Shown piece by piece: positions 19,288-29,650 of a DNA stretch of 64,000 bases. The translations under genes and the position numbers were made by a program. Origin of the DNA: Bacteroidota bacterium. GTDB lineage: Bacteria > Bacteroidota > Bacteroidia > NS11-12g > UBA955. The notes beneath the pieces were generated by a model. That model did not search any database, was not told the origin of the DNA, and was given only the letters and a program-made list of their open reading frames with translations. The stretch is from NCBI GenBank assembly GCA_027621365.1, contig JAQCBH010000007.1:22447-86446 (forward strand). Direction: 5' to 3'. Position 1 is the stretch's first letter. Every line of letters begins with the position of its first letter.

Positions 19288-19353
19288 ACAAATGTATGTT
19301 AAAAATATTATCAACACCAAATTCTACTCATCCCAAAAAGGAGGTCTGCTTTG

Positions 19354-20004
19354 ATGCCTCGAGAGCGCCTTTTGGCCCATGGCAGAAGGGCTTTGAGCGA
19401 TCAAGAACTCCTGACTTTGCTCTTGGGTTCTGGCAATCGTTGCAAATCCGGAAGTCAATTGGCGGCTGAAATTCTCAATTCGTGCGGGAACAACTTGGAT
19501 GAGCTTGCTAAGCTCAGTGTAGAAGCTCTTTGCGCGATTCCAGGACTGGGTCAGGCCAAGGCCATGGGTTTGGCGGCTGCCTTTGAATTGGGTCTTCGCC
19601 GACAGGCGCCTATGGCATCCAAACCCAGTGTTCGTTCTTCGGCCGATGCCTACCGCATCATGCGTCCTCATTTGGTTGACCTTCACGCCGAGGCCTTTTT
19701 GGTTCTCTACATGAATAGAAGGCATGCGGTCATTCGACTGGAGACTTTGAGCACGGGAGGCATTAGCAGCACGGTGGTCGATGTTCGTCTTCTATTGAAG
19801 CGGGCACTGGAACTAGGGGCTACGTCCTTGATAGTGGGTCATAATCATCCGTCGGGGAATTTGAGCCCCAGTCCACAAGACCGTAGTTTGACCGATCAGT
19901 TGAACAAGGCCTCGCGATTTTTAGACTTTGAATTGCTCGATCATCTGGTAGTGACGGAGGCCGGTTATACGAGCTTTTCAGATGAGGGACTTTTAGGCAA
20001 CTGA
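19354..20004 (+). CDS. radC: RadC / JAB-domain protein
   Basis: PRERLL..G..ALSD.ELL, HhH motif IPGLGQAKA and JAB motif HNHPSG...PS..D...LLDHLV. Confidence 0.93.
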   Translation: MPRERLLAHGRRALSDQELLTLLLGSGNRCKSGSQLAAEILNSCGNNLDELAKLSVEALCAIPGLGQAKAMGLAAAFELGLRRQAPMASKPSVRSSADAYRIMRPHLVDLHAEAFLVLYMNRRHAVIRLETLSTGGISSTVVDVRLLLKRALELGATSLIVGHNHPSGNLSPSPQDRSLTDQLNKASRFLDFELLDHLVVTEAGYTSFSDEGLLGN

Positions 20005-20060
20005 AGTCCAACAGAATGCACGAAAAAATCGCAGCAAAGGCTGTAAATTCGAACCTCGAT

Positions 20061-22931
20061 ATGCAATACAGCGCCCGCTACTCAAAGCCTTTCGCAGAGC
20101 GCCACAACGGCTCACACGGAGAGGACCTTCAGGCCATGTTGGAAACGGTTGGAGTTTCCAGTTTGGACGAGTTGATCAGCAAGACCATTCCTGCCAACAT
20201 TCGCTTGCCGAAAGAGTTGAACATTGGAGAGGCCTTGACGGAGAGTGAGTTTCTTGCTATGCTCAAAGGCAAAGCGGCTAAGAACAAGTTGTTCAAGCAC
20301 CACATTGGAATGGGCTATTACGATACCCTGACCCCCGGTGTGATTTTGCGCAACATCATGGAAAATCCAGGTTGGTACACGGCTTATACGCCCTACCAAG
20401 CAGAGATTGCCCAAGGTCGTTTGGAAGCCTTGTTGAACTACCAGACCATGGTCATTGACTTGAGCGGTATGGAGATTGCCAACGCTTCATTGTTGGACGA
20501 AGGTACGGCCGCAGCTGAGGCCATGAACATGTTCCGCGCCGCCGATAAAAAAGGCGTGGCTCATCGTTTCTTTGTCGATCAGCATACCTTCCCACAGACC
20601 CTGGATGTGTTGATCACCCGCGCTGAACCCGTTGGCGTGGAGATTGTGACCGGCGATTTCGCTACGGCCAATTTGGACGACACTTACTTCGGAGCCCTGA
20701 TTCAATACCCCAATAGCAACGGTAGCATCGAAGACGTTCGCGCCTTTGTGGCTGATTGCAAAACCAAGGGCATCAAAACTGTTTTTGCCTCCGATTTGAT
20801 GGCATTGACTTTGTTGACTTCACCCGGTGATTTGGGCGCTGACTGCGTAGTGGGAAATACCCAGCGCTTCGGTGTACCCATGGGCTTCGGTGGTCCTCAT
20901 GCAGCCTTCTTTGCCACCAAAGACGAATACAAGCGCCAGATTCCAGGTCGCATCATCGGTGTTTCAATTGACAAGCGCGGCGAACGTGCCTTGCGCATGG
21001 CCTTGCAAACCCGTGAACAGCATATAAAGCGCCAGAACGCTACCTCCAACATTTGCACAGCGCAGGTATTATTGAGCATCATGGCCAGTATGTACGGCGT
21101 GTACCATGGCCCCGACGGATTGAAAAAAATCGCCGGCCGCATACACGCTCAAACCCGTTTGTTGGAACAGGCCTTGACCCAGTTGGGATACACCCAATTG
21201 AACGGCCACTATTTCGATACCCTCAAGGTAGCCGCTGACGAACAAGCCGTTCGCAAAGTGGCGGAAGCACAGGGCCGCAACTTGCGCTATTTCGGAGATG
21301 GTCACGTGGGTATTTCCATTGACGAGACCTGCACCGAGAAAGACATTCAGGTATTGGCTGACATCTTCGCAGCCGCCAAAAACACCAGCGCATCGGCAGT
21401 GTACGCTTCAGGTGATAGCGTGGCTGTGAATTGGCCCGCTTGGGCTCAACGCCAGAGCAATTTCATGTTGCACCCTGTGTTCAACTCTTATCATATCGAG
21501 CACGACATGTTGCGTTACATCAAGTCTTTGGAAGCCAAAGATCTCAGCTTGTGCCACAGCATGATTTCCTTGGGTTCTTGTACCATGAAGTTGAATGCAA
21601 CCACAGAGATGATTCCCGTTACCTGGCCTGAATTCAACTCTCAGCACCCCTTCGTGCCTGTTGATCAGGTAAAAGGATACTTGGAGATGATCGAAGAACT
21701 GAATCAAGACCTGTCTGAAATCACCGGTTTCGACCGCATGAGCATGCAGCCTAACTCAGGTGCTCAGGGTGAATACGCCGGTTTGATGGTCATTCGCGAA
21801 TACTTCAAAGACCGCGGCGAAGCTCACCGCAACATAGCCTTGATTCCGTCTTCTGCTCACGGAACCAACCCCGCTTCTGCCGTCATGGCAGGAATGAAGG
21901 TGGTGGTTACCGCATGCGACGAACTTGGAAACATTGACATTGCCGATTTGCGCGCCAAAGCCGAAGAGCACAAGGACAACTTGGCTTGCTTGATGGTGAC
22001 TTATCCTTCGACACATGGAGTATACGAGGCCGGCATTCGCGAAATCACTCAGATCATTCACGACAACGGCGGTCAGGTGTATATGGACGGAGCCAACATG
22101 AATGCTCAGGTGGGATTGACTTCTCCCGGCATGATTGGGGCTGACGTTTGCCACTTGAACTTGCACAAGACCTTCTGCATTCCTCACGGTGGGGGTGGAC
22201 CTGGTATGGGCCCCATCGGTGTGGCTAAGCATTTGACTCCTTATTTGCCTTCTCACGCGGTTATTCCAACCGGTGGTGACAAGGCCATGCACGCGGTTTC
22301 TGCAGCCCCTTATGGTTCAGCGAGCATCCTTTTGATCTCGTATGCCTACATCAAAATGATGGGTGGCGACGGATTGAAAGCTGCCACCGAGATCGCCATC
22401 TTGAATGCCAACTACATGAAGGCGCGTTTGGAGAAAGAGATTCCCATTTTGTACAAAGGCGAGAACGGATTCTGCGCCCACGAAATGATCTTGGATACCC
22501 GCGTGTTCAAACAAAGCTGTGGCATTGAAGCCGAAGATTTTGCCAAGCGTTTGATGGATTACAATTTCCACGCTCCAACCTTGAGCTTCCCTGTGGCCGG
22601 TACCTTGATGATCGAGCCTACCGAGAGCGAAAGCAAGGCAGAGTTGGATCGTTTCTGCGATGCCATGTTGAGCATTCGCGAAGAGATTCGCGCCATTGAA
22701 AACGGCCAAGCCGATGCTCATGACAACTTATTGAAGTCTGCGCCTCACTGTGCCGATGAAGTCATTTCCAGCGATTGGAATCACAGCTTCAGCCGTGAGC
22801 AGGCAGCCTTCCCATTGCCCTATGTGAAAGCCAACAAATTCTGGCCTACCGTGTCTCGTGTGAACAACACCCACGGTGACCGCAATTTGGTTTGCGCTTG
22901 CCTACCTTTGGAAGCCTACGCCGAGGCCTAA
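20061..22931 (+). CDS. gcvP: Glycine dehydrogenase (decarboxylating), glycine cleavage P protein
   Basis: [32 protein letters not shown] and PLP lysine in [18 protein letters not shown]. Confidence 0.98.
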   Translation: MQYSARYSKPFAERHNGSHGEDLQAMLETVGVSSLDELISKTIPANIRLPKELNIGEALTESEFLAMLKGKAAKNKLFKHHIGMGYYDTLTPGVILRNIMENPGWYTAYTPYQAEIAQGRLEALLNYQTMVIDLSGMEIANASLLDEGTAAAEAMNMFRAADKKGVAHRFFVDQHTFPQTLDVLITRAEPVGVEIVTGDFATANLDDTYFGALIQYPNSNGSIEDVRAFVADCKTKGIKTVFASDLMALTLLTSPGDLGADCVVGNTQRFGVPMGFGGPHAAFFATKDEYKRQIPGRIIGVSIDKRGERALRMALQTREQHIKRQNATSNICTAQVLLSIMASMYGVYHGPDGLKKIAGRIHAQTRLLEQALTQLGYTQLNGHYFDTLKVAADEQAVRKVAEAQGRNLRYFGDGHVGISIDETCTEKDIQVLADIFAAAKNTSASAVYASGDSVAVNWPAWAQRQSNFMLHPVFNSYHIEHDMLRYIKSLEAKDLSLCHSMISLGSCTMKLNATTEMIPVTWPEFNSQHPFVPVDQVKGYLEMIEELNQDLSEITGFDRMSMQPNSGAQGEYAGLMVIREYFKDRGEAHRNIALIPSSAHGTNPASAVMAGMKVVVTACDELGNIDIADLRAKAEEHKDNLACLMVTYPSTHGVYEAGIREITQIIHDNGGQVYMDGANMNAQVGLTSPGMIGADVCHLNLHKTFCIPHGGGGPGMGPIGVAKHLTPYLPSHAVIPTGGDKAMHAVSAAPYGSASILLISYAYIKMMGGDGLKAATEIAILNANYMKARLEKEIPILYKGENGFCAHEMILDTRVFKQSCGIEAEDFAKRLMDYNFHAPTLSFPVAGTLMIEPTESESKAELDRFCDAMLSIREEIRAIENGQADAHDNLLKSAPHCADEVISSDWNHSFSREQAAFPLPYVKANKFWPTVSRVNNTHGDRNLVCACLPLEAYAEA

Positions 22932-22950
22932 TCTTCGCGTAGCAGCGACC

Positions 22951-24516
22951 ATGCATCGACTGCGCCATTTTTCTTGGCCCATTGGGCTTTTGATTCTCTA
23001 CTACCTCTGGGGTTTGTTGACCCTGGACAAGTTGGGGGTGCATTACGATGAACTCACCCAGCGCTACATTGGCATTCAAACCAACAAGTACCTCATTGGC
23101 AAAGCTAGTCGTGCAGACATAGAGGAACACAAGTTCTTTGGTCCGGTCTTCGAGTCGTTCTGCTATTTGAGCGAGCAAGCCTTGGGCCCAGGAGCTAGCA
23201 TGCGCTCCAAGTTGCTGCTGCGCCGTTTTTGGATTTGGTCCCTTTTTGTCTGGGCACTCGTCGCGTTCTACCGCATCTTGTTGAAGCGATTCGATCGCTC
23301 TGCGGCCTTCTGGGCGGTGGCCTTGATCGCGCTATGGCCCCCATTATGGGCCCATGCTCACGTGAACTCGAAAGACGTGGTCTTTCTTTCCCTTCAGGTT
23401 TTGGCGGTTTCCTCTTTGATCCGCTACCGTGAAGGCTCGGGTTCCCGGACCTTGCATTTTTGGCTATTTGCCTTGCTCTCTGCCTGGGCGGCGAGCATAC
23501 GCCTGGTCGGCGTATGCCTACTGGGGCTTGCGCCCCTGCTGCTGGCCCGCGCAGGTTCCCAGGAACCAGGCAGCTCCAGCCATCGGGCCAGCCGCCGCCC
23601 CGCCCTGGCCCTATTCGGTACCTCCCTCTTTTTCTTGCTACTCAGTTTCCCCGTGCTCTGGTCCACTCCCTGGAACCGTCTGGGCGAGATGTTGAGTTAT
23701 GCTACCCAAAACCCATGGCCCAATCCCAGTTTGTTCCTGGGAAAACAGTTGTACCCCGAATCATTTACCCGTTGGTATCTGCCCGTTTGGATGCTCTTTA
23801 CCTTGCCGTTAGGCTTGCTGTTGGTGGCAGGGTGGGGTTCGTATTTGGGAATTCGAGCCTTGTCAAAAAGCAAGAAGTTGTCTTTTACCGATGCCCTCTT
23901 TTTGGCTTGGTTCGCTGTACCCTTTGTTTTGGTTATGGTGCTGAATCCAGTCCTGTACAACAACTGGCGGCATTTCTATTTCTTGGTCATTCCCCTGGCT
24001 TATGTGGCCGCCTATGGCATTCAGGAATGGAACGCTCGTTTGGGCTCCAAAAAGTTGAATTTGCTATTGGGCATTTACACCTTGAACCTGGGTTTGGTAG
24101 CCTTGATTCAACCAGGTTTGGCGGCCGTGCGCATGAACGATTTGTATAGCAAGGGTGTGCACGTTTGGATAGGGGAGTCAAAGCCTTACATGACCCAAGA
24201 TTACTGGGGTTTGTGTACCCAAGATGCCTTGAAAAAGCTGGATGAGGTCTCCCCGCAGAAGCAATTGAAGATTGCGTGCAAGACGGAATTGGTCGAGCTC
24301 AGTTCTCATTTGTGGTCCATTGAACGGGTGGTTCAAGTGCCTGTCGAGCGCGCTCGCTACTACTTTGATTACAACCGAGAAGGATCTTGGTCTTGGCCTG
24401 AATTGGGATTCAAGGAGAAGGGCATGGGATTGCTGTTGATGGAGTTTTACAACGGCTCAGAATCAGTGTTGCGGGTCTACGACTTGGAGCAAAAGAGCGA
24501 AAAAATCCAGCTGTAG
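22951..24516 (+). CDS. Multi-pass GT-C (ArnT/PMT-like) glycosyltransferase
   Basis: Early YDE acidic motif after the first TM helix, H..NSKD, LYNNWRHFYF, many TM helices and a periplasmic C-terminus with DYWG. Confidence 0.7.
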   Translation: MHRLRHFSWPIGLLILYYLWGLLTLDKLGVHYDELTQRYIGIQTNKYLIGKASRADIEEHKFFGPVFESFCYLSEQALGPGASMRSKLLLRRFWIWSLFVWALVAFYRILLKRFDRSAAFWAVALIALWPPLWAHAHVNSKDVVFLSLQVLAVSSLIRYREGSGSRTLHFWLFALLSAWAASIRLVGVCLLGLAPLLLARAGSQEPGSSSHRASRRPALALFGTSLFFLLLSFPVLWSTPWNRLGEMLSYATQNPWPNPSLFLGKQLYPESFTRWYLPVWMLFTLPLGLLLVAGWGSYLGIRALSKSKKLSFTDALFLAWFAVPFVLVMVLNPVLYNNWRHFYFLVIPLAYVAAYGIQEWNARLGSKKLNLLLGIYTLNLGLVALIQPGLAAVRMNDLYSKGVHVWIGESKPYMTQDYWGLCTQDALKKLDEVSPQKQLKIACKTELVELSSHLWSIERVVQVPVERARYYFDYNREGSWSWPELGFKEKGMGLLLMEFYNGSESVLRVYDLEQKSEKIQL

Positions 24517-24600
24517 TTTTGGCCGAACCGGCAGAAACCCGCGGGCTTTCTATGCAGCAGAACCGATAAAAATACCTAACCGCAAGTATCTCGCCCTTGG

Positions 24601-25053
24601 CTACATCCACCGGGCCTCGTAGCGGCGTTCCTCGCCTTCGTGGGAGAGGTGCAGGGCCAATCGGTTTATGGGCTCCAAAAGGGATTCGCCTACCTGGGGC
24701 CATTCGATCATCCACAGGGAATCGGGATCGTGCAAGCCCTCTTCAATACCGGCGTCCCAGAGTTCGGATTCCGATTCAATTCGGTACCAATCGCTGTGCA
24801 TGAGGGTCAAGCCACTGGGCAAATCGTAGGCATTCACCAGGCCGAAAGTGGGACTGCTGACTGTACCTTCGTATCCCAGTGCGGTGCAGAGTTTTTTCAC
24901 CAGAGTGGTTTTGCCAGCCCCCAAGTCTCCCTCAAAACTGATTACCCGAATGGGGTCTTCGGTCTCTTCTGACTCGTCGATCAGGGCCAAAATTTCTTCC
25001 ACGACCAAATCAACGGCCTCTTCGGGAAGGACAAAAGAAAATTCTGCGGCCAT
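24601..25053 (-). CDS. tsaE: tRNA threonylcarbamoyladenosine biosynthesis ATPase
   Basis: GDLGAGKTTLVK, VSSPTFGLVN.Y, H.D.YR and IEWP. Confidence 0.95.
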   Translation of the reverse strand: MAAEFSFVLPEEAVDLVVEEILALIDESEETEDPIRVISFEGDLGAGKTTLVKKLCTALGYEGTVSSPTFGLVNAYDLPSGLTLMHSDWYRIESESELWDAGIEEGLHDPDSLWMIEWPQVGESLLEPINRLALHLSHEGEERRYEARWM

Positions 25054-25054
25054 C

Positions 25055-25450
25055 TTAGAAATCGGCATCAACCACCTCGAAGATATACTCGTGCCTTTGG
25101 TTGGAGGGCACTTTGCTCACCGATGTAACAGAACGGGTCCAGTTTTCGGCTTTGTGCACCCCTTTGGTGCAAGAATCTCCTTTCAGGGTTTTGATCTCCC
25201 AATAAAGAAATTGTTGTCCAGGGTCTTCATCTGGGCTGAGCACACCTCCCATTTGGTTGGTGGTGGCCAATTGAATCTGCTCGCCAGGTTGAACGGTGTC
25301 TTGTACGGCCTGTTCGAAAATGCCCACGAATTGCGTCGAAACAGCAATGGGCTGCTGGCTGGCATTCTTGAAGAACCAAAAGCGGTCTGTGTTTCCTTCG
25401 CAGGCTACCAAGGCCAGTGAAGCGATGGCTATAAGGACGAGATTTCTCAT
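25055..25450 (-). CDS. Hypothetical lipoprotein
   Basis: MRNLVLIAIASLALVAC lipobox; ATGA overlap with the porX stop. Confidence 0.7.
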   Translation of the reverse strand: MRNLVLIAIASLALVACEGNTDRFWFFKNASQQPIAVSTQFVGIFEQAVQDTVQPGEQIQLATTNQMGGVLSPDEDPGQQFLYWEIKTLKGDSCTKGVHKAENWTRSVTSVSKVPSNQRHEYIFEVVDADF

Positions 25451-27000
25451 GTTCGGGGTGTAAGGGTGACCAATGGGCACATCATTTCTTCCAGCGAAAT
25501 GCCTCCATGTTGGAAGGTGTTTCGGTAGTAATTGACGTAGTGGTTGTAGTTGTTGGGGTAGGCGAAAAAGTCGTTGTCTTTGGCGAAGACGAAGGCAGAA
25601 CTCAAGTGCTGCAAGGGCAAATACAGGTCGGCGGGTTTGCGAACCTCGTACACTTCTTTGGCATTGTAACTGAGGTTTTTGCCCTGCTTGTAGCGCAGGT
25701 TGGTATTGACGTTTTTATCGCCGACAATCTTCACGGGGTCTTTGACACGAATGCTACCGTGATCGGTGGTGATGATGACTTTGCAGGGTTTGGTGCTGAG
25801 CCATTGCAAGGCTTCCCACAAGGGGGAATGCTTGAACCAAGTGGCCATGACGTTGCGGTAAGCGGCCTCGTCTTCGGCCAATTCCCGCACGATTCGGTTG
25901 TCGGTTCGGGCGTGACTGAAGGCATCGACAAAGTTGTAGACGATGACATTCAGTTTGTTGTTCAACATGTTGGGAACATGGTCGGCCATTTCCTTGGCGT
26001 TTTGCAGGTTGGTGACCTTGGTGTACGAGAATTTGATGTCCCGGCGCAATCGCTTGAGCAAGTCGGCCAAGAAGGCTTCTTCGTGCAGGTTTTTGCCGCC
26101 TTCGTCTTCGTCGTTGCTCCACATTTTGGGGAATCGCTTCTCAATTTCCTGGGGCAGCAATCCGCTGAAAATGGCGTTGCGGCAGTATTGGGTCGTGGTC
26201 GGCAAGATGGACAAGTACAAATCTTCGTTGCGCACCCGGTAGCGATCTTGCATGATATCGCCAATGGCTTTCCATTGGTCGAAGCGCAGGTTGTCCATCA
26301 ATATGACAAATACGGGAACATCGCCATCTAACTCGGGGTTGATGCTTCGGCGAAACAGGTTGTGGCTCATGATGGGGCCATCGTCACCCGTCGGATGAAG
26401 AAAGCCAGCAAACTGATCTTGAATGAAACGGGCAAAGTTTCGGTTGGCATCCAACTTTTGGGTTTCCAAGATCTCTATCATGGAGCCCTCGTTGGTCTTG
26501 TCGAACTCCATTTCCCAAAACACCAATTTCTTGTAAACCTCTTTCCACTCGTCAAAGCGCAAACGATCGCTGACGGTCATCCCAATTTGCATGAACTCGC
26601 GCTGGTAGCCTTGGGTGGTTTTTTGACCTACCAATCGCTTCTCATCCAAGTTTTTCTTGATGGACAGCAGAATCTGGCTAGGGTTCACCGGCTTGATCAA
26701 ATAATCGGCGATTTTGGAACCAATGGCTTCTTCCATGATGTGTTCCTCCTCGCTTTTGGTGATCATGATAACCGGAATCTCGCTCTTGAGTTGTTTGATC
26801 TGAGCCAAGGCATCCAAGCCCGAAATGCCGGGCATGTTTTCGTCCAAAAAAATCAAATCAAACGATTCGGCTTTCACCGCATCAATGGCGTCGCGACCGC
26901 TGCTCACGGGGTGCAGTTCGTAACCCTTGCCCTCCAAGAAGAGAATATGGGGTTTCAGCAAGTCAATTTCGTCGTCGGCCCAGAGAATTCGCGGTTTCAT
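25447..27000 (-). CDS. porX: T9SS response regulator PorX (receiver + PglZ alkaline-phosphatase domain)
   Basis: ILWADDEIDLLKPH, LDENMPG, DNLRFDQW, SILPTTTQYCRNAIFSG, TTDHG and FQHGGISLEEM. Confidence 0.93.
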   Translation of the reverse strand: MKPRILWADDEIDLLKPHILFLEGKGYELHPVSSGRDAIDAVKAESFDLIFLDENMPGISGLDALAQIKQLKSEIPVIMITKSEEEHIMEEAIGSKIADYLIKPVNPSQILLSIKKNLDEKRLVGQKTTQGYQREFMQIGMTVSDRLRFDEWKEVYKKLVFWEMEFDKTNEGSMIEILETQKLDANRNFARFIQDQFAGFLHPTGDDGPIMSHNLFRRSINPELDGDVPVFVILMDNLRFDQWKAIGDIMQDRYRVRNEDLYLSILPTTTQYCRNAIFSGLLPQEIEKRFPKMWSNDEDEGGKNLHEEAFLADLLKRLRRDIKFSYTKVTNLQNAKEMADHVPNMLNNKLNVIVYNFVDAFSHARTDNRIVRELAEDEAAYRNVMATWFKHSPLWEALQWLSTKPCKVIITTDHGSIRVKDPVKIVGDKNVNTNLRYKQGKNLSYNAKEVYEVRKPADLYLPLQHLSSAFVFAKDNDFFAYPNNYNHYVNYYRNTFQHGGISLEEMMCPLVTLTPRT

Positions 27001-27058
27001 TGAGTAAATATGCGTTAAAAATCGTGCCAAAGATTCGGATTTTTTGCAACTTTGATCC

Positions 27059-27724
27059 ATGAGTTCGCACCACGTCGTTCGGGACCTTCAAGAGCCGGCC
27101 TTGATTTTGGCAAATGGAGCTCCTTGTGGGGAAGAACTCTTGGGGCAACTCTTGGAATGGAGCCCCTTTACTCTTGTGTTGGATGGGGCCATTGAACGCG
27201 CCAGTCAATTGGGCATACGAGTCGATGCCTGGTTGGGTGATTTTGATTCAGGATCGGAACAAACCTATGCGGAGTTATCTGCTTTGCAACCCGTGGTCAA
27301 AATTGAGGCCCCCAATGCCGATAAAACCGACTTGGAAAAAGGGGTGGAGTGGTTGATTGCTCAGGGCCACAAGGCGGTGAATATCGTTTGGGCTACGGGC
27401 AAACGCGCCGATCATACGGTCAACAACATGATGGGATTGGCTGCCTATTCCCATCAGATCAACTGGTCCATTTTGGATGATCACTCGCGGGTCTTTGAAG
27501 CACCGAATCCCTTTCGAAAATGGTATCCAGGGGGCACGGCCTTATCACTGATTCCCGTGGGGGAAGTCAAGGGGGTCTGCAGCGAAAATTTGGAGTGGGA
27601 ATTGGACCAATTGGATTTGTCCTATCCGCAGAGAAGTGGATCATCGAACCGGGTCAAAGCCGACGGATTCGTCACCGTAGAACGCCAATCTGGGCACTTG
27701 CTGCTCATGGAATGCTGGGATTAA
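27059..27724 (+). CDS. thiN: Thiamine diphosphokinase
   Basis: MSSHHVVRD.QEPAL, LGDFDS, KTDLEKG, ATGKRADH and GSSN. Confidence 0.9.
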   Translation: MSSHHVVRDLQEPALILANGAPCGEELLGQLLEWSPFTLVLDGAIERASQLGIRVDAWLGDFDSGSEQTYAELSALQPVVKIEAPNADKTDLEKGVEWLIAQGHKAVNIVWATGKRADHTVNNMMGLAAYSHQINWSILDDHSRVFEAPNPFRKWYPGGTALSLIPVGEVKGVCSENLEWELDQLDLSYPQRSGSSNRVKADGFVTVERQSGHLLLMECWD

Positions 27725-27725
27725 T

Positions 27726-28493
27726 ATGAAAATACTGTCGTACAACGTCAATGGCATTCGTGCCGCCTTGAGCAAGGATTTGCTCTCGTATTTGAAAGAG
27801 GCCAACGCCGATGTGGTCTGTTTGCAAGAAATCAAGGCCATGCCGGAGCAGATTGATCCCGATGCTTTTGGGCCTCTGGGTTATCACCTACAGTGGTATC
27901 CTGCCCAGAAAAAGGGCTACAGCGGGGTGGCCATTCTCAGCCGTCAAAAGCCGCTGGCCGTGCATGAAGGCTGTGGGCATGAGCTTTTTGATGCCGAAGG
28001 TCGAGTGCTGCGTTGCGATTTTGAAGAAGGTTCGGTTATTTCTGCTTATTTCCCCTCAGGAACAAGCGGGGATGAACGACAAGGCGTGAAATACGAATTT
28101 TTGGAACACTTTCATGGCTATTGCCAAGGTTTGCTCCAGAGCGGAGTAGAGCGTTTGGCCATAGCCGGTGATTACAATATTTGCCATCAGGCCATTGATA
28201 TTCACGATCCTGTATCGAATAAAAACAGCACCGGTTTTTTGCCTGAAGAGCGCCAATGGATGGACGCTTGGTTTCAGTCAGGTTTCGTGGATTCGTTCCG
28301 GCACTTGCATCCAGAGCCTCATCGCTATACCTGGTGGAGTTACCGAGCTGGAGCACGTTCGAAGAACAAGGGTTGGAGAATTGACTACATCAGCCTCAGC
28401 TCCAAATGGGCTGAGAAATTGCGCAGTTCAGGCATAGACGATTTCGCTGTACACAGCGATCACTGCCCCTTATGGGCGGTACTGGATCAATAG
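27726..28493 (+). CDS. xth: Exodeoxyribonuclease III
   Basis: SYNVNGIRA, CLQEIK, GYSGVA, GDYNICH, GWRIDY and SDHCP. Confidence 0.96.
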   Translation: MKILSYNVNGIRAALSKDLLSYLKEANADVVCLQEIKAMPEQIDPDAFGPLGYHLQWYPAQKKGYSGVAILSRQKPLAVHEGCGHELFDAEGRVLRCDFEEGSVISAYFPSGTSGDERQGVKYEFLEHFHGYCQGLLQSGVERLAIAGDYNICHQAIDIHDPVSNKNSTGFLPEERQWMDAWFQSGFVDSFRHLHPEPHRYTWWSYRAGARSKNKGWRIDYISLSSKWAEKLRSSGIDDFAVHSDHCPLWAVLDQ

Positions 28494-29650
28494 TTCAAAG
28501 TGCCCCACTCGCCGATCAAGCTCAGGCGATGCTCGCTTGGGCCTTCGACGCGTCCTATGATCTGTGCCTCCACACCGAAGGAACGGCTAACATTGATGAT
28601 GCTTTGGGCCACAGAAGGGTCGCAGTACAATTCCATGCGATGACCCATATTGAAGACCTGGAACATTTCTCTCCATTCGGTTTGGCTTTCGGATTGGATC
28701 ATTCGAAACAGGGGAGGAATGGGCAAGAACTGGTCTTTGATGATGTGAACGTTTTCGGCGAAGTGCAAAACTTTGGTTTGGCCGCCGCCGCTGCAATGCA
28801 CCATGCCATGTATGCCGCTGCGGCACTCTTCAAGCACTTTTTTGATGATTGGAGCGTAGGTTCGGGTAGGAGAAAGGACCAATTTTCCGGCATCGATGGG
28901 GCTTCCCTCGACGGCATCGGTCAAACGTTTGCTGCCGCAATAGGTCACAGACTCAGGCAGCTGGTTGTCGTAACTTTCGGGGTACTTGCTGCGGTAATCA
29001 GAGTGGAATACATCGTGGCGGGCACTGGTCAATCCGTTGGAGCCCATACCACCGTTGTAATGCGATTCGTAGCTGGCTTGGCCGTAACTGGCAAGGCCCA
29101 CGATGACTTGGCCAGGGGCAATGTTGGCGTTGTCAATGATTTCAGAGCGTTTGGCTCGGGCCACCAAGGTAGAGTCTACAATGATGGTGCGCACCAAGTC
29201 TCCAACGTCGGCCGTTTCGCCTCCAGTGGTGTGAATGTCTACCCCGTGCTCGCGCATGGTTTGGCAAAAGGCCTCACTGCCTTCAATCAAAGCCGAAATG
29301 ACCTCGCCCGGAATGAGGTTTTTATTGCGACCAATGGTGCTGGATAGTAAAAATGGGCCAGTGCTTCCAGCGCAGAGCAGGTCATCGGTGTTCATGACGA
29401 TGGCATCTTGGGAAATACCCGCCCAAACGCTCATGTCTCCGGTTTCTTTCCAATACAAATAGGCCAAGCTGCTTTTGGTGCCGGCACCGTCGGCGTGAAC
29501 GATCAAACAATCATCGGGGTTGCCGCTCAAATGGTCAGGAATGACCTTGCAAAAGGCTTTGGGCACTAGGCCTTTGTCCAACTTGGAAATGGCCTTGTGA
29601 ACGTCTTCTTTTTGGGAGGAAACACCGCGCTGTGCGTACTTATCGCTCAT
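28487..29650 (-). CDS. purM: Phosphoribosylformylglycinamidine cyclo-ligase (Bacteroidota-type AIR synthetase)
   Basis: Y..RGVSS.KEDVH, HADGAGTKS, GGETADVGD, GSNGLTSARH and FNMGHRME. Confidence 0.93.
   Translation of the reverse strand: MSDKYAQRGVSSQKEDVHKAISKLDKGLVPKAFCKVIPDHLSGNPDDCLIVHADGAGTKSSLAYLYWKETGDMSVWAGISQDAIVMNTDDLLCAGSTGPFLLSSTIGRNKNLIPGEVISALIEGSEAFCQTMREHGVDIHTTGGETADVGDLVRTIIVDSTLVARAKRSEIIDNANIAPGQVIVGLASYGQASYESHYNGGMGSNGLTSARHDVFHSDYRSKYPESYDNQLPESVTYCGSKRLTDAVEGSPIDAGKLVLSPTRTYAPIIKKVLEECRSGIHGMVHCSGGGQTKVLHFAENVHIIKDQFLPIPPLFRMIQSESQTEWREMFQVFNMGHRMELYCDPSVAQSIINVSRSFGVEAQIIGRVEGPSEHRLSLIGEWGTLNY

Noticed and set aside
19354-20004. radC as a marker of a mobile element or anti-defence island
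   Set aside because: It is the full-length chromosomal type with an N-terminal HhH region, flanked by recA and gcvP, with no mobility genes.
23460-24149. 229-aa alternative-frame ORF and GC-rich patch in the GT-C gene (possible frameshift)
   Set aside because: The main frame is uninterrupted and keeps TM helices and motifs on both sides of the patch.
25447-27000. PglZ domain as part of a BREX defence system
   Set aside because: The receiver-PglZ fusion next to tsaE is PorX, and no brx genes are present.
25507-27003. 274-aa and 213-aa plus-strand ORFs
   Set aside because: Antisense to porX. Long antisense frames are expected from the codon bias here.
28472-29347. 291-aa plus-strand ORF
   Set aside because: Antisense shadow of purM.
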